Shown here: positions 49,135 through 59,609 of the stretch, in pieces | Layout of the letters: every line of letters begins with the position of its first letter | Position numbering within the stretch: position 1 is the first letter of the stretch | Assembly (NCBI GenBank): GCA_041736805.1 | Contig: JBGSSW010000011.1 | Location: 18,395 to 82,394 of the forward strand | Reading direction: 5' to 3' | From: Minisyncoccia bacterium | GTDB taxonomy: Bacteria; Patescibacteriota; Minisyncoccia; Phycocordibacterales; UBA918 | Length of the DNA stretch: 64,000 bases | Notes under the pieces: generated by a model | Database searches by the model: none | What the model saw: the letters and a program-made list of their open reading frames with translations, nothing else | Told to the model about the DNA's origin: nothing | Made by a program: the position numbers and the translations under genes

Positions 49135-50244
49135 ATGTCAGAAATTACTTCTTCTGCTTTGTCAGAAGTTAGTGGTGTAATGCAGTCTTATGCTGCCAAC
49201 ACACCAGTTGCCCCGAAGGAAGGTCATCTTATAGACAGTACGGTATCAGCTATTGGCCGAGCTAGAGTATTTGTCGACCTACCACCATTTGGTACTGGAA
49301 TTATCTACGGTCGTGAATACATGAACGCCCGAGATATTCTGCGCAAAGTCTCCGTTGGTGACTCTATTACCGCCAAAGTTGTTACTCCAGAAAATGAAGA
49401 TGGTTATATTGAACTATCTCTCAAAGAAGCTAGACAAGCTCTTATATGGGCTGACGCTGAAGAAGCAGTCAAACGCGGTACGGTCATGAGTCTAGAGGCT
49501 AAAGAAGCTAATAAAGGAGGTCTTATTATTGAATGGCAAGGTATTCAAGGTTTCCTACCAGCTTCACAGCTTTCTACCGACAACTACCCACGCGTAGCTG
49601 ATGGAGACAAAGACAAGATTCTTAATGCTCTTAATGAACTGATTGGTAAGCACCTAAGTGTAGTAATGATTACTGCTGACCAAAAAGAACATAAACTAAT
49701 CTTCTCTGAGAAGGGACTACAGGAGAAAGAAGAGAAAGAAGAGAAGGTCGGTAAGTATGAAGTCGGAGACGTGCTAACCGGTGAAGTTACTGGGGCAGTT
49801 GATTTCGGTATCTTTGTTAAGGTTGAACAAGGCCTCGAAGGACTGGTTCATATTTCTGAACTTGACTGGGGTCTAGTTGAAGACACTCGAGCTCTCTACA
49901 AAGTTGGCGACAAAGTAAAAGTCAAAGTAATTGAAGTTAAGGATGACAAAATTTCTCTATCTATCAAACAATTACGTGAAAATCCTTGGATGGAAGCCGC
50001 TAAGAAGTTCAAGAAAGATCAAATTGTTGATGCGGTTGTTATCAAATACAACAAGCATGGGGCTTTGGCCTCAATTGAAGAAGGTGTAGCTGGTCTAGTT
50101 CATATTTCTGAATTCGAAAAGGAAGAAATGTTGAAGTCTTCCCTTTCACTTGGAAATGTTTACAAGTTCAAAATCACACTTTTTGAACCAACCGAGCAAC
50201 GTATGACTCTGTCTTACAAGGAAGGCAATCCAGTGGCGCAATAA
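49135..50244 (+). CDS. rpsA: 30S ribosomal protein S1, short form with four S1 domains
   Basis: Repeated S1-domain signatures (GEVTGAVDFGIFVKV...GLVHISEL; AVVIKYNKHGALASIEEGVAGLVHISEF). Confidence 0.75.
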   Translation: MSEITSSALSEVSGVMQSYAANTPVAPKEGHLIDSTVSAIGRARVFVDLPPFGTGIIYGREYMNARDILRKVSVGDSITAKVVTPENEDGYIELSLKEARQALIWADAEEAVKRGTVMSLEAKEANKGGLIIEWQGIQGFLPASQLSTDNYPRVADGDKDKILNALNELIGKHLSVVMITADQKEHKLIFSEKGLQEKEEKEEKVGKYEVGDVLTGEVTGAVDFGIFVKVEQGLEGLVHISELDWGLVEDTRALYKVGDKVKVKVIEVKDDKISLSIKQLRENPWMEAAKKFKKDQIVDAVVIKYNKHGALASIEEGVAGLVHISEFEKEEMLKSSLSLGNVYKFKITLFEPTEQRMTLSYKEGNPVAQ

Positions 50245-50307
50245 GTAGACCAAGGTGGTAAAGATAAAAGGCGGCGAGCGTAGCTCGCCGCCTTTTATCT
50301 TGTTCGC

Positions 50308-50895
50308 TTAATTTAAGGTGTTCATCGCCTTTACATAGCCTTCTTTCACCGTCAAAGTGACAGCTTCGAGTACTTTAGGAAAGACTTCCTCTTTCAATTT
50401 ATTTTTTTCACTACTCGTAAAATTACCCAAGACGAATTTTGGCAAAGCTTCGCCTGACAGAGGTTTGATTTTACCAGTCCAAAAACTTGTTATCCCAACA
50501 CCTATCCGCACTCTAATAAAGGCTCTACTATTTAAAGAGCTAATAATAGATTTAATTCCGTTATGTCCTCCATCACCTCGATCAAAAGAAACCTTTATTT
50601 CTCCGAACGGCAGAGCCACATCATCATAAAGCACAATTAAATTAGAAATTTCTTGGTCGGGGACAAATTTCCTAACTGCTTGCCCGCAGTGATTCATGAA
50701 GGTTTCAGGGTACAAGAAACTGACCGATTCATTTTCTACTATCCCGCTGGTGTGTTTTCCTAAAAAGTCATTTGATTTTTCTAAACTAGGAAAATCAAAT
50801 GACTCAATAATGAAATCCAGGGCTTTAAAGCCAACGTTATGACGATTGTTGATATATTCTTCTCCTGGATTTCCTAAAGCCACTACGTAATACAT
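50308..50895 (-). CDS. pth: peptidyl-tRNA hydrolase
   Basis: N-terminal VVALGNPGEEYINNRHNVGF matches the Pth signature. Confidence 0.85.
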   Translation of the reverse strand: MYYVVALGNPGEEYINNRHNVGFKALDFIIESFDFPSLEKSNDFLGKHTSGIVENESVSFLYPETFMNHCGQAVRKFVPDQEISNLIVLYDDVALPFGEIKVSFDRGDGGHNGIKSIISSLNSRAFIRVRIGVGITSFWTGKIKPLSGEALPKFVLGNFTSSEKNKLKEEVFPKVLEAVTLTVKEGYVKAMNTLN

Positions 50896-51305
50896 GATAC
50901 ATAGAATATCACAACCTTAAATCTGAGGTTGAGTAAATTATTTTCAGCTAGGGTATTTAGATACAATTTTGTGGTAAATACGAACCTCGAATTCGAACGA
51001 TTTGCCCTAGGAAAGGATAGTCTCCCTTTCCATAATACATAAGTAAAATAATGAGCGTGACGAATATATTTTAATTATATCCTGATTTTTTCTCTCCCTG
51101 ATAAAATCATCAGACAAAGTAACTTATATACTTTGCGTGGTTTGTTTTTATTACTACTTGGCAGGCCACTACAGTCGACCGCTCCCTGCGGGGTCGCGGC
51201 TCGACTAAGTGTCTGCATAAGTAAAATATAGTCGCGCTTTGCGCTCCTTATTTCTACTTATTGTTTTTACTTTTTCATTCAAGTATAATGATGTAAATTT
51301 AAGTT

Positions 51306-51965
51306 ATGAATTTGTTTTCACAAAAAAAACACGAAGAAAATAATGAGTATAAATGGCCTGAAGAGGACGAAAACAATGACGAACCCGAAGAAAAAAAAGA
51401 AAATTCTATTGTCGAGATTTTGCGGTTTTCTCTAATTGCACTTCTAATAGTTATTCCTGTCAGAATGTTTATTGCCCAACCTTTTATTGTGTCTGGAGCT
51501 TCAATGAAAGAAACTTTTCATAATGGTGAGTACTTAATTGTTGACCAAGTAAGTTATCATTTACATTCCCCTCAAAGAGGTGACGTAATAGTTTTCCGTT
51601 ACCCTAGGGACCCATCTAAATATTTTATTAAAAGAATAATTGGTGTTCCAGGCGATACGATTTCAATTGAAAACAGCATTGTCTCAATAACTAACGAAGG
51701 CCACCCTGAAGGCTTTAATCTAAACGAACCTTACATAAAATCCATGAAGCCTAATGTAGCCATGTCAGAAACTCTAGGCGATAGAGAATACTTTGTCATG
51801 GGTGATAACCGAGATGAAAGTTCTGATTCTCGAGTTTGGGGAGTTTTGCAAGAGGAAAGAATCATTGGGAAAGCTTTCTTGAGGCTCTTCCCCTTCAGTG
51901 AGGTTTCCATACTACCCGGTGAATCAGATGAAAGTATTATGAATAGCGTAAAAATAGCTAAATAA
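51306..51965 (+). CDS. lepB: signal peptidase I
   Basis: Catalytic-Ser box SGASMKETF, GDNRDESSDSRVWG box, N-terminal TM. Confidence 0.8.
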   Translation: MNLFSQKKHEENNEYKWPEEDENNDEPEEKKENSIVEILRFSLIALLIVIPVRMFIAQPFIVSGASMKETFHNGEYLIVDQVSYHLHSPQRGDVIVFRYPRDPSKYFIKRIIGVPGDTISIENSIVSITNEGHPEGFNLNEPYIKSMKPNVAMSETLGDREYFVMGDNRDESSDSRVWGVLQEERIIGKAFLRLFPFSEVSILPGESDESIMNSVKIAK

Positions 51966-51972
51966 GCAACTT

Positions 51973-53139
51973 ATGAAATATTCACCCACAGAATTTCTAA
52001 AGATTGCCACTAACACCGCAGAACATTTCGGTTTTCGTACAGTTAATACTCTAAAAAAGGATCCTCTGTGTAAAAACTGTGAAATACCTCTCTCCTATAC
52101 TCCAGCCGAATCCGATAACAAGAAAGGTTCTCAAGAGGGTTTATTAACTAGTGGGGTATTCACTTTCTGTTCTGAAAATCTACACGCTTTAAATGCTCCT
52201 GTTTTACTTTACTCACTTGACCAACTTCCCGACTCTAATAGTACAGCTGTTACTTTCAGTATTTTCAACGTTCAAAAAAGTATTGCTGAAGCGATACTGA
52301 TTCAAGCCAGTCGCTCTCTCTTGCAAGAAGCCGGTCAAGAAAATCACTTAGTGAAAATTAATTCGCTTGGAGACAATGAGTCTAGTACTCGTTACAATCG
52401 AGAATTAACAAACTTTCTTAAGAAAAGACTAGATGTCATGCCCCCCTCTGCTCGAGAATTAATGAAAAAGCATCCTTTTTTGGCTCTCGCAAACTTGCTA
52501 GAGCTTGAACATGAGTTGGCCGTTCGTAGCCCTAACCCACTTGAATACTTAAGCGACCCGAGTCGAAAGCATTTCCGTGAAATTGTTGAATACTTGGACA
52601 TGACTGAAACCCCATACGAAATTGATCCAAAGATGATGGGTCATCACGAATATTTTTCTGACGCCTTATTTTCAATTGAATCAACCGATGAATTTATAGT
52701 TGGAGAACCAGCTATCTCGGTTAAGGGTGGCCGTTATGATGAATTTGTTTTCAGAAAAACCCGAAATCGTATCCCTGCCGCTGGTGCGGTTGTGACTTAT
52801 AGTAATGCCAAACAGCCCACTCGTTTACCAAAAGCAAAATCAATGAACCCTTCTGTTTACGTTGTACAACTTGGTTTTGGACCAAAAATCAGAAGTCTAA
52901 TGATAATTGAACAGCTAAAAAATGCTGGTATTCCCGTAAGACACGATTTGGCTAGCGATTCACTTTCCACTCAACTACGAGACGCTGAGTCAAAAGGGGT
53001 CCTTTATACCGTCATAATCGGACAAAAAGAATTTGTTGATCAAACAGTTATTTTACGTGACATGAAGGCCCGCAACCAAGAGAATGTCCCAATTGACACT
53101 ATGATTAAAAAACTTAAAAAACAGTTGTCTTTAGCATAA
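51973..53139 (+). CDS. hisS: histidyl-tRNA synthetase-like class II aaRS (motif 3 GGRYDEF, C-terminal anticodon-binding domain); catalytic motifs 1 and 2 divergent
   Basis: KGGRYDEFV matches HisRS motif 3. INSLGD...RLDVMPP resembles the HisRS insertion region. The C-terminal VYVVQLG...VIIGQKEF is a class IIa anticodon-binding domain. The FRYERPQ-type motif 2 is not recognisable. Confidence 0.5.
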   Translation: MKYSPTEFLKIATNTAEHFGFRTVNTLKKDPLCKNCEIPLSYTPAESDNKKGSQEGLLTSGVFTFCSENLHALNAPVLLYSLDQLPDSNSTAVTFSIFNVQKSIAEAILIQASRSLLQEAGQENHLVKINSLGDNESSTRYNRELTNFLKKRLDVMPPSARELMKKHPFLALANLLELEHELAVRSPNPLEYLSDPSRKHFREIVEYLDMTETPYEIDPKMMGHHEYFSDALFSIESTDEFIVGEPAISVKGGRYDEFVFRKTRNRIPAAGAVVTYSNAKQPTRLPKAKSMNPSVYVVQLGFGPKIRSLMIIEQLKNAGIPVRHDLASDSLSTQLRDAESKGVLYTVIIGQKEFVDQTVILRDMKARNQENVPIDTMIKKLKKQLSLA

Positions 53140-53190
53140 TCTAAAAACGCTTGCGAATATCCCTGCTTAATGATATGCTCTTGCCCACAT

Positions 53191-53436
53191 ATGGCAATAA
53201 ACGTCCAAGTTGAAAAAAACAACAATGAAAGTAGTGCTAACGTCATTCGACGTTTTACTAAGCGAGTGCAAGGAGCAGGAATTGTTCCTAAGGCCCGAGC
53301 AGGTCGCTACTACACTCGTATCAAGAGTGAAAATGTACAACGTACGGCAAAGTTAAAAAAACTAGCTAAGAAAGAAACTTACGAAAAACTTCTGAAGCTG
53401 GGAAAGATTCCAGAACAAAGAGGCTATCGTCGTTAA
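53191..53436 (+). CDS. rpsU: 30S ribosomal protein S21
   Basis: MAINVQVEKNNNESSANVIRRFTKRVQGAGIV fits the S21 pattern, with a basic C-terminus. Confidence 0.65.
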   Translation: MAINVQVEKNNNESSANVIRRFTKRVQGAGIVPKARAGRYYTRIKSENVQRTAKLKKLAKKETYEKLLKLGKIPEQRGYRR

Positions 53437-53498
53437 CAAAAACCCCTTCTCTACTTGAAGGGGTTTTTGTTTGTTCTTTGGTATGTCATACTGACCTT

Positions 53499-53885
53499 AT
53501 GTCTGAACAAAATTTTTCTATTTCTAGCACTATTTCTAAATACCCAAATTTTCCCTACTTGGAAATTAAAGAAGCTATTTTAGGTAAAAAATACCTATTG
53601 TCTCTAGCTTTTATTGGTACAAAAAGAGCTCAAAAATTAAATGTCGACTATAGAAAAAAAACTTACGTACCAAACGTACTATCATTTCCACTCGATGCAG
53701 AGCAAGGTGAAATATTCATTTGTCCGGAAATTGCTTACCCTGAAGCTAAAGATTTTAATTTAACTAAAGATGGTTATATTGCTTTCTTGTTTATGCACGG
53801 TTTACTACATTTGAAAGGACATGACCATGGCGATACAATGGAATCACTTGAGCGACGTTATATGAAAAAATACTCTATAGCCTAG
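53499..53885 (+). CDS. ybeY: endoribonuclease YbeY
   Basis: HGLLHLKGHDH zinc-binding motif of the UPF0054/YbeY family. Confidence 0.8.
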   Translation: MSEQNFSISSTISKYPNFPYLEIKEAILGKKYLLSLAFIGTKRAQKLNVDYRKKTYVPNVLSFPLDAEQGEIFICPEIAYPEAKDFNLTKDGYIAFLFMHGLLHLKGHDHGDTMESLERRYMKKYSIA

Positions 53886-53898
53886 TATCAAAACCATT

Positions 53899-55068
53899 AT
53901 GGCAGAACACATTATCACAGGAATAGACGTAGGGACTTACCATGTAAAAGTGGCTATTGCGCGCCTACCCAAAAATGCCACCGAAAGGTCTATCCCCGAA
54001 ATAATTGGCACGGGCTTTGCTGAAACCCGGGGACTTAAAAGTGGCTACATCATGCAAAGCGATGAAGTATCTCGTAGTATAAAAAGTGCCGTTGCTCAAG
54101 CGGAAAAAAGCGCTGGTGTCATCGTCAAAAAGGCCCATGTAGCGATAGGAAGCATCGGTCTTGAGGAAACCTACTCACGCGGTGAAATTATTCCAGCTAG
54201 AGCAGATTCTGAAGTAACTACGACTGACATTGAAAAGGTCATGCAAGATAGCGAGGATAGGATTATTGACCATATTCCCAATCGAAAAATCCTACACAAC
54301 ATCCCCTTACGCTATTCTGTCGATGGCAAAGAGGTTTTAGGTCGTCCGCAAGGTATGCGCGGGACCAAACTGGAAGTTGATACTCTTTTTATTACTTCCT
54401 ATGAACAACATATTAATGATTTAATGTCAGCCATTGAAAGTATCGGTATATACGTCGAGGATGTTATTGCTTCCCCTTTGGCCGCAAGTTTTGTCATGTT
54501 GAACAAAACCCAAAAAAGAGCTGGTTGTATTCTTACCAACATCGGTTCCGAAACTACTTCAATTGTAGTTTTTGAAGACAATACCCCTATTTCACTAAAA
54601 ATATTTCCAACTGGCTCAAATGATATAACCAACGATATTGCCCTCGGACTCAAGGTACCGATTGAGGAAGCTGAAAAAATTAAAAGAGGAGGAATGACAA
54701 GTGCCACTTTTTCTAAAAAGAAATTAGACGAGATTGTTCAAAATCGCTTAAATACTATTTTTGGTCTAATTGACGCCCACCTCAAAAAAATTAAGCGTGA
54801 CGGTTTGCTTCCTGCCGGAATCATCCTAACCGGTGGAGGATCTAATACTCATGCCATTACTGATGTCGCAAAAAACGTTCTGTCTCTACCAGCCAGAACT
54901 GCCACTTTAGAAATAGGGAAAAATACTAAAGTAAAGGATGCCACTTGGGCTGTTGCTTACGGTTTATGCATGTGGGGAGCAAGTGATACTGAAGACTCCT
55001 CCACTTTAGGGATTGTTAAACAAACGAGAAAGAATATATTCTCTTGGTTTAATCAATTCTTACCATAA
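53899..55068 (+). CDS. ftsA: cell division protein FtsA
   Basis: Actin-like ATPase (ITGIDVGTYHVKVAI...) immediately upstream of ftsZ. Confidence 0.85.
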   Translation: MAEHIITGIDVGTYHVKVAIARLPKNATERSIPEIIGTGFAETRGLKSGYIMQSDEVSRSIKSAVAQAEKSAGVIVKKAHVAIGSIGLEETYSRGEIIPARADSEVTTTDIEKVMQDSEDRIIDHIPNRKILHNIPLRYSVDGKEVLGRPQGMRGTKLEVDTLFITSYEQHINDLMSAIESIGIYVEDVIASPLAASFVMLNKTQKRAGCILTNIGSETTSIVVFEDNTPISLKIFPTGSNDITNDIALGLKVPIEEAEKIKRGGMTSATFSKKKLDEIVQNRLNTIFGLIDAHLKKIKRDGLLPAGIILTGGGSNTHAITDVAKNVLSLPARTATLEIGKNTKVKDATWAVAYGLCMWGASDTEDSSTLGIVKQTRKNIFSWFNQFLP

Positions 55069-55207
55069 CAAAAGATAGTTTTTGTCAATCACATGAAAAA
55101 GATATGTGTCAATATCGTGACAGATAGTTTTTTAGGCTGTATGATTACAGAGCTTATTAAATAGAGGTACTCAGGGGTGGGTACGAGCAAAATTTTATAA
55201 AATTTTT

Positions 55208-56458
55208 ATGGAACAAATAAAATCAGACGTTGAATCATTTGCACGTATTCGTGTAGTTGGAGTCGGTGGTTCTGGAGGAAACGCCGTCAATCATATGGTT
55301 GCTTCAAAAGTTAAAGGTGTGGAGTTTATCGCTATTAATAGTGATGCTCAAGACCTGCACCACTCACTAGCTAAGAAAAAAATTCACGTTGGAAAAAATC
55401 TTACCCGTGGACTAGGAGCTGGTGGTAATCCAGACATGGGCCGCAGGGCTGCTGAAGAGACTCGTGAAGAAATTGCTAATGCTATTAAGGGCTCCGACAT
55501 GATTTTCATTACTGGTGGAATGGGTGGAGGAACAGGTACAGGAGCAGCTCCGGTTGTTGCAAAAATTGCCCGTGAGAGTGGGGCCTTAACAGTAGGGGTT
55601 GTTACCAAACCTTTCTTATTTGAGGGACAAGAACGTATGCGCTTAGCCATGCAGGGTATTGAAGAACTCAAAAAAGAAGTCGATGCTCTTATCACCATCC
55701 CTAACGACCGCCTCCTTGCTATTGTTGACCGCGAAACAACTGTGCAGAATGCTTTTGAACAGTGCGACAATGTACTTAAACAAGCAGTTGAGGGTATTTC
55801 AGACCTCATCACTATGCCAGGTATCATTAACGTCGACTTTGCAGATATCCGTAGTGTGATGGAAAATGCAGGCTCTGCTTTAATGGGAGTTGGATTATCT
55901 ACTGGTGAAAAACGAGCTGAAGATGCTGCCCAAAGAGCTATTAACTCTCCGCTACTAGAAGTATCAATTACTGGCGCTAAGGGAGTTCTCTTTGCTATAG
56001 CAGGTGGAGACGACTTAGCGATGCTTGAAATCCAAGATGCGGCTAGGATAATTACTGAGTCTATTGACCCTCATGCCAAAGTTATTTTTGGAGCTATTAA
56101 AGATGAGAAACTAAAAAAGAATGAACTCAAAGTTACTGTTATTGCCACCGGTTTCCCAGAAGAAACAACTTCTTCATACAATAGTATTTCAAGAAGAGTT
56201 CCTACGGCTGCTCCGAGTCGAGTGGAACCTGAAGATGAAGTTGTAGAATCTTCACGAGGAAAGATTTTTAATTCTCTTTCTATGCCAAAGAAAGTAGAGT
56301 CCGAGACAAACTCGCAAACAGCACCAACAAATTCTACTCTTAAACAACCTGAGGTTATTAAGCGTGAACCTAAACCAGTTGACCCTATTGATGAAGAAGA
56401 TGATGGAGATGATTGGGGCGCGGTTCCCGCTTTTCTCAGACGCTCAAAATTAAAATAA
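55208..56458 (+). CDS. ftsZ: cell division protein FtsZ
   Basis: Tubulin signature [13 protein letters not shown] and NTD. Confidence 0.9.
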   Translation: MEQIKSDVESFARIRVVGVGGSGGNAVNHMVASKVKGVEFIAINSDAQDLHHSLAKKKIHVGKNLTRGLGAGGNPDMGRRAAEETREEIANAIKGSDMIFITGGMGGGTGTGAAPVVAKIARESGALTVGVVTKPFLFEGQERMRLAMQGIEELKKEVDALITIPNDRLLAIVDRETTVQNAFEQCDNVLKQAVEGISDLITMPGIINVDFADIRSVMENAGSALMGVGLSTGEKRAEDAAQRAINSPLLEVSITGAKGVLFAIAGGDDLAMLEIQDAARIITESIDPHAKVIFGAIKDEKLKKNELKVTVIATGFPEETTSSYNSISRRVPTAAPSRVEPEDEVVESSRGKIFNSLSMPKKVESETNSQTAPTNSTLKQPEVIKREPKPVDPIDEEDDGDDWGAVPAFLRRSKLK

Positions 56459-56562
56459 ACTTTATCCGATCAAGAACAAAATGCTACCCTAACGGGTGGT
56501 TTTTTGTTCTTCTTACTATCCTGCGGTACAATAGCACCACTAAGAAATAATAATTACTTTTT

Positions 56563-57483
56563 ATGTACGAATTGACGATTATAGGTGGAGGTCCAGCCGG
56601 GATTGCAGCAGGAGTCTATGCTTCGCGTAAACAACTTAAAACCCTTTTTATTACCAAAGACTGGGGTGGTCAAAGTATTGTTTCGACCGATATTCAAAAC
56701 TGGATTGGTACACCTTCAATTGAAGGTTCTAAGCTGGCTGACAATCTACGCACCCATCTAGAAACTTACGCAGGTGAGTATGTTGATATAAAAAACGGTT
56801 CTTTAGTCAAGAAAATTGAAAAAAATGGGTCTGGTTTCAATGTCCATTTAGACAATGGCGAAACTTTTGAATCTAAAACTATTTTAGTTGCTAGTGGTTC
56901 AGAAAGACGCAAACTTCCCGCTACCAACTCTGATATCTTTGAACACAAAGGTCTTACTTATTGCGCCAGTTGTGATGGTCCTATCTTTTCAGGACAAGAT
57001 GTAGTAGTGGTTGGAGGAGGTAACGCTGCTTTCGAGACAGCTGCTCAACTACTAGCCTACACCAAGAGTGTCACCTTACTTCAGCGACATGATGTTTATA
57101 AAGCTGACCCTGTTACCGTTGAAAAAGTCCTGTCCCACCCAAACATGAGGGGTATTAAGAATGTTGAAGTAAAAGAAATTATTGGAGACAAATTTGTTTC
57201 TGGATTAAAATACCTTGATGAAAATAAGGAAATGCAGACCCTAGCGGTGACGGGCATTTTTGTGGAAATTGGAATGATACCAAATACTGATTATTTAAAA
57301 GATGTCGTTGAATTGGATACTTATAACCGTGTAATAATAGATCCATGGACCCAAAAGACAAAGGCGGAAGGTATCTGGGCGGCTGGTGATTGTACAAATG
57401 TTCTTTACCACCAAAATAATATTGCCGCTGGTGATGCTGTCCGTGCCATTGAAGACATTTATGTAACCCTTAGAGCAAAATAA
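56563..57483 (+). CDS. trxB: thioredoxin reductase
   Basis: FAD motif IIGGGPAGIAAG, redox-active CASCDG, NAD(P) motif VVGGGNAAFE. Confidence 0.85.
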   Translation: MYELTIIGGGPAGIAAGVYASRKQLKTLFITKDWGGQSIVSTDIQNWIGTPSIEGSKLADNLRTHLETYAGEYVDIKNGSLVKKIEKNGSGFNVHLDNGETFESKTILVASGSERRKLPATNSDIFEHKGLTYCASCDGPIFSGQDVVVVGGGNAAFETAAQLLAYTKSVTLLQRHDVYKADPVTVEKVLSHPNMRGIKNVEVKEIIGDKFVSGLKYLDENKEMQTLAVTGIFVEIGMIPNTDYLKDVVELDTYNRVIIDPWTQKTKAEGIWAAGDCTNVLYHQNNIAAGDAVRAIEDIYVTLRAK

Positions 57484-57931
57484 TTATTTCAGATATAGCA
57501 AAAGGCACCCCTCCAGGTGCCTTTTGCTTTTGTACAACGTAGAGTTGGCCTGGGCGCTTTGCTCTTAAATTAGAGCGTGTATTTAGAATACATCACCACC
57601 GCACAGGCCTGATACAAGCTTCTCATGTCTTTGACAGATAGGTCAATATTTGATAAAAGCCTTATTTTTAGCCAAACTGTGTATAAAGCTGTGTAAAAGG
57701 TCTGGAAAACTATGTATAGAACCTTGGTTATAAAGTATGTAAAAGCTTGTTGAGGCTTAAGTTTTTACGTTGCGGGAAAATATTGAAAAAAGCTAAATTT
57801 CTTACTTAATTTTTTTGCTACTGAAATCAATATCTACTAAACCAAAAAAAACTTTTCCACTTACTATAATATTAAATATTTTGTGGCTGGAATTTATTGC
57901 TATTTCTGTTACTATGTGGCGAACCCTAAAC

Positions 57932-58003
57932 GGCCCCATCGTCTAACGGCTAGGACACTTGGTTCTCATCCAAGAAATCGGAGTTCGATTCTCCGTGGGG
58001 TCA
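57932..58003 (+). tRNA. tRNA-Glu (CTC)
   Basis: Acceptor GGCCCCA/TGGGGTC. Anticodon stem CTTGG/CCAAG, loop TTCTCAT. T-arm CGGAG-TTCGATT-CTCCG. Confidence 0.75.
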
Positions 58004-58011
58004 CAAAATAC

Positions 58012-58049
58012 AAAAGACACATTCCCAAAGAATGTGTCTTTTGTATTTT
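58012..58049. terminator. rho-independent terminator after tRNA-Glu
   Basis: AAAAGACACATTC-CCAAA-GAATGTGTCTTTT followed by GTATTTTG. Confidence 0.6.
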
Positions 58050-58321
58050 GTGAGGAAGCAGATTATTGCATAGGAAAGGCCTATGCCAAGCAGGCCTATG
58101 CCAAGCAAAATACTGAACTAAATAGTCAGTCGTACTAGCGTAGACAAAATTTCTAACATTAAAAATGTTTGACTGTATCGCCTCCACTAAAAACGGCGGT
58201 CGGTAAAACTGTTTGATCAAGAGCCCAGTCTCTGTCCAGTGAAGGTCTAATTGAATGATAGTAAAAAATTAAAACTCCTATTACTAAAATATAAAAAAGT
58301 TTGCGCATATGATTTTTTAAG

Positions 58322-58357
58322 TATAACAAAAGACGTCTTACGACGTCTTTTGTTATA
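58322..58357. promoter_or_regulatory. perfect 16-bp inverted repeat TATAACAAAAGACGTC-TTAC-GACGTCTTTTGTTATA (operator or terminator-like)
   Basis: 16/16 complementary arms with a 4-nt loop. Followed at ~58390–58420 by tandem TTCCCCAGTAATT units, ~260 bp upstream of the EEP gene. Confidence 0.5.
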
Positions 58358-58619
58358 CTTTCAACAACTGAAAACTATCCTATATTTCCCCAGTAATTTC
58401 CCCAGTAATTTCCCATTGCAAAAGCGAAGCATAGAGTAACGGCCCACACCATTAATTGATTTGTCGGTACATTCTTCATAAAAAGATAGTAAAATATTAA
58501 AACTTCAGCTTTATTATTATACCACTAAATAAGGAGACCTTTGAAAAAAGATATAAACACCTAAAGAAGAGCTGTAAATATGACTTATTCTGGTATACTA
58601 AATTTTCACTTAAAAAGTC

Positions 58620-59372
58620 TTGGTCAATATGCTAAAAATCATCAGCCTAAACATGGAGACAAATAAGCATTACACTAAAATCCTTCCGTTTATTAAAAAA
58701 GAAAATCCAGACGTTATTTGTCTTCAGGAGGCACCAGAATCCTTTGCTGAAGAACTACAAAAGAAAGGTTATAAAACTTTTTTTGCTCCCATGTTCTTAA
58801 GAGATGATTTGGGCGGGAATGAATTATATACTCTCGGAATAATGCTTGCTTCTAAACTACCTTTTCAGGCCAAGAGTGTCTATTACCACAAACCGAACGA
58901 AAAAATAATCCTTCATGATAGGAAGAATAGAAATAACACAGTGGCTACAGCCTATATATTTGCAAACATAATGACATCAGATGGATTATATAATGTCGCT
59001 ACTACACATCCCTTAAAATCTGATGACGGTAAAGCGAACGATTTTCAAACTAAAATGTTTAGTTCACTTCTCAAACTTTTAGCACCAGAGGAACCACACA
59101 TGATCTGCGGGGACTTTAACATGCCTCGGGGTTACAACACTATATATGAAGAAGTAACTAAAAAATACACCGACGCAGTCCCCCTAAGTTACAAAAGTAG
59201 TCTTGATCGGGATATTCATCTACTTGGAAACAAAAAGACAGATGTCCCTATCTTTGATATTTATATGGTTGACTACGTTTTTACCCAGCCACCCTATCAA
59301 GCTGAAAATGTCCGTCTTGAATTTGGACTTAGTGATCACGCGGCTGTTATTGCCACCGTTACAAAACGTTAG
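58620..59372 (+). CDS. endonuclease/exonuclease/phosphatase (EEP) family protein
   Basis: VICLQEAPE, CGDFNMPR and GLSDHAAV motifs of the EEP fold. Confidence 0.7.
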   Translation: MVNMLKIISLNMETNKHYTKILPFIKKENPDVICLQEAPESFAEELQKKGYKTFFAPMFLRDDLGGNELYTLGIMLASKLPFQAKSVYYHKPNEKIILHDRKNRNNTVATAYIFANIMTSDGLYNVATTHPLKSDDGKANDFQTKMFSSLLKLLAPEEPHMICGDFNMPRGYNTIYEEVTKKYTDAVPLSYKSSLDRDIHLLGNKKTDVPIFDIYMVDYVFTQPPYQAENVRLEFGLSDHAAVIATVTKR

Positions 59373-59444
59373 TTTTTAGATATTCAAGTCTAGATTAAAA
59401 TATGCTATTATCGAGCCACAGAAACGAACAAAGGTGGATTAATC

Positions 59445-59609
59445 AAAGCTAGTAGCGGTTCGCAAGTGTCCCACACTTACTTACCATTTCCATTTGCAGG
59501 GCACCATCGTAGAGTACAAATGACCGATTAGCTCAGCTGGTAGCGGTTCGCAAGTGTCCCACACTTACTTACCATTTCCATTTGCAGGGCACCATCGTAG
59601 AGTACAAAT
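59445..59609 (+). repeat. two tandem ~88-bp units upstream of tRNA-Val; each full unit begins with the first 22 nt of tRNA-Val (GACCGATTAGCTCAGCTGGTAG)
   Basis: Unit 2 (59522–59609) starts with a 22-nt match to 59610–59631. Unit 1 (59445–59521) is a truncated copy that retains only a degraded remnant of the tRNA 5' segment (...AAAGCTAGTAG...), followed by the same 66-nt non-tRNA body. Confidence 0.7.

Noticed and set aside
59445-59609. Possible CRISPR array
   Set aside because: Only two units are present. The repeat is 88 bp, includes the tRNA-Val 5' end, and has no spacer–repeat alternation. It is a tandem duplication, not a CRISPR array.
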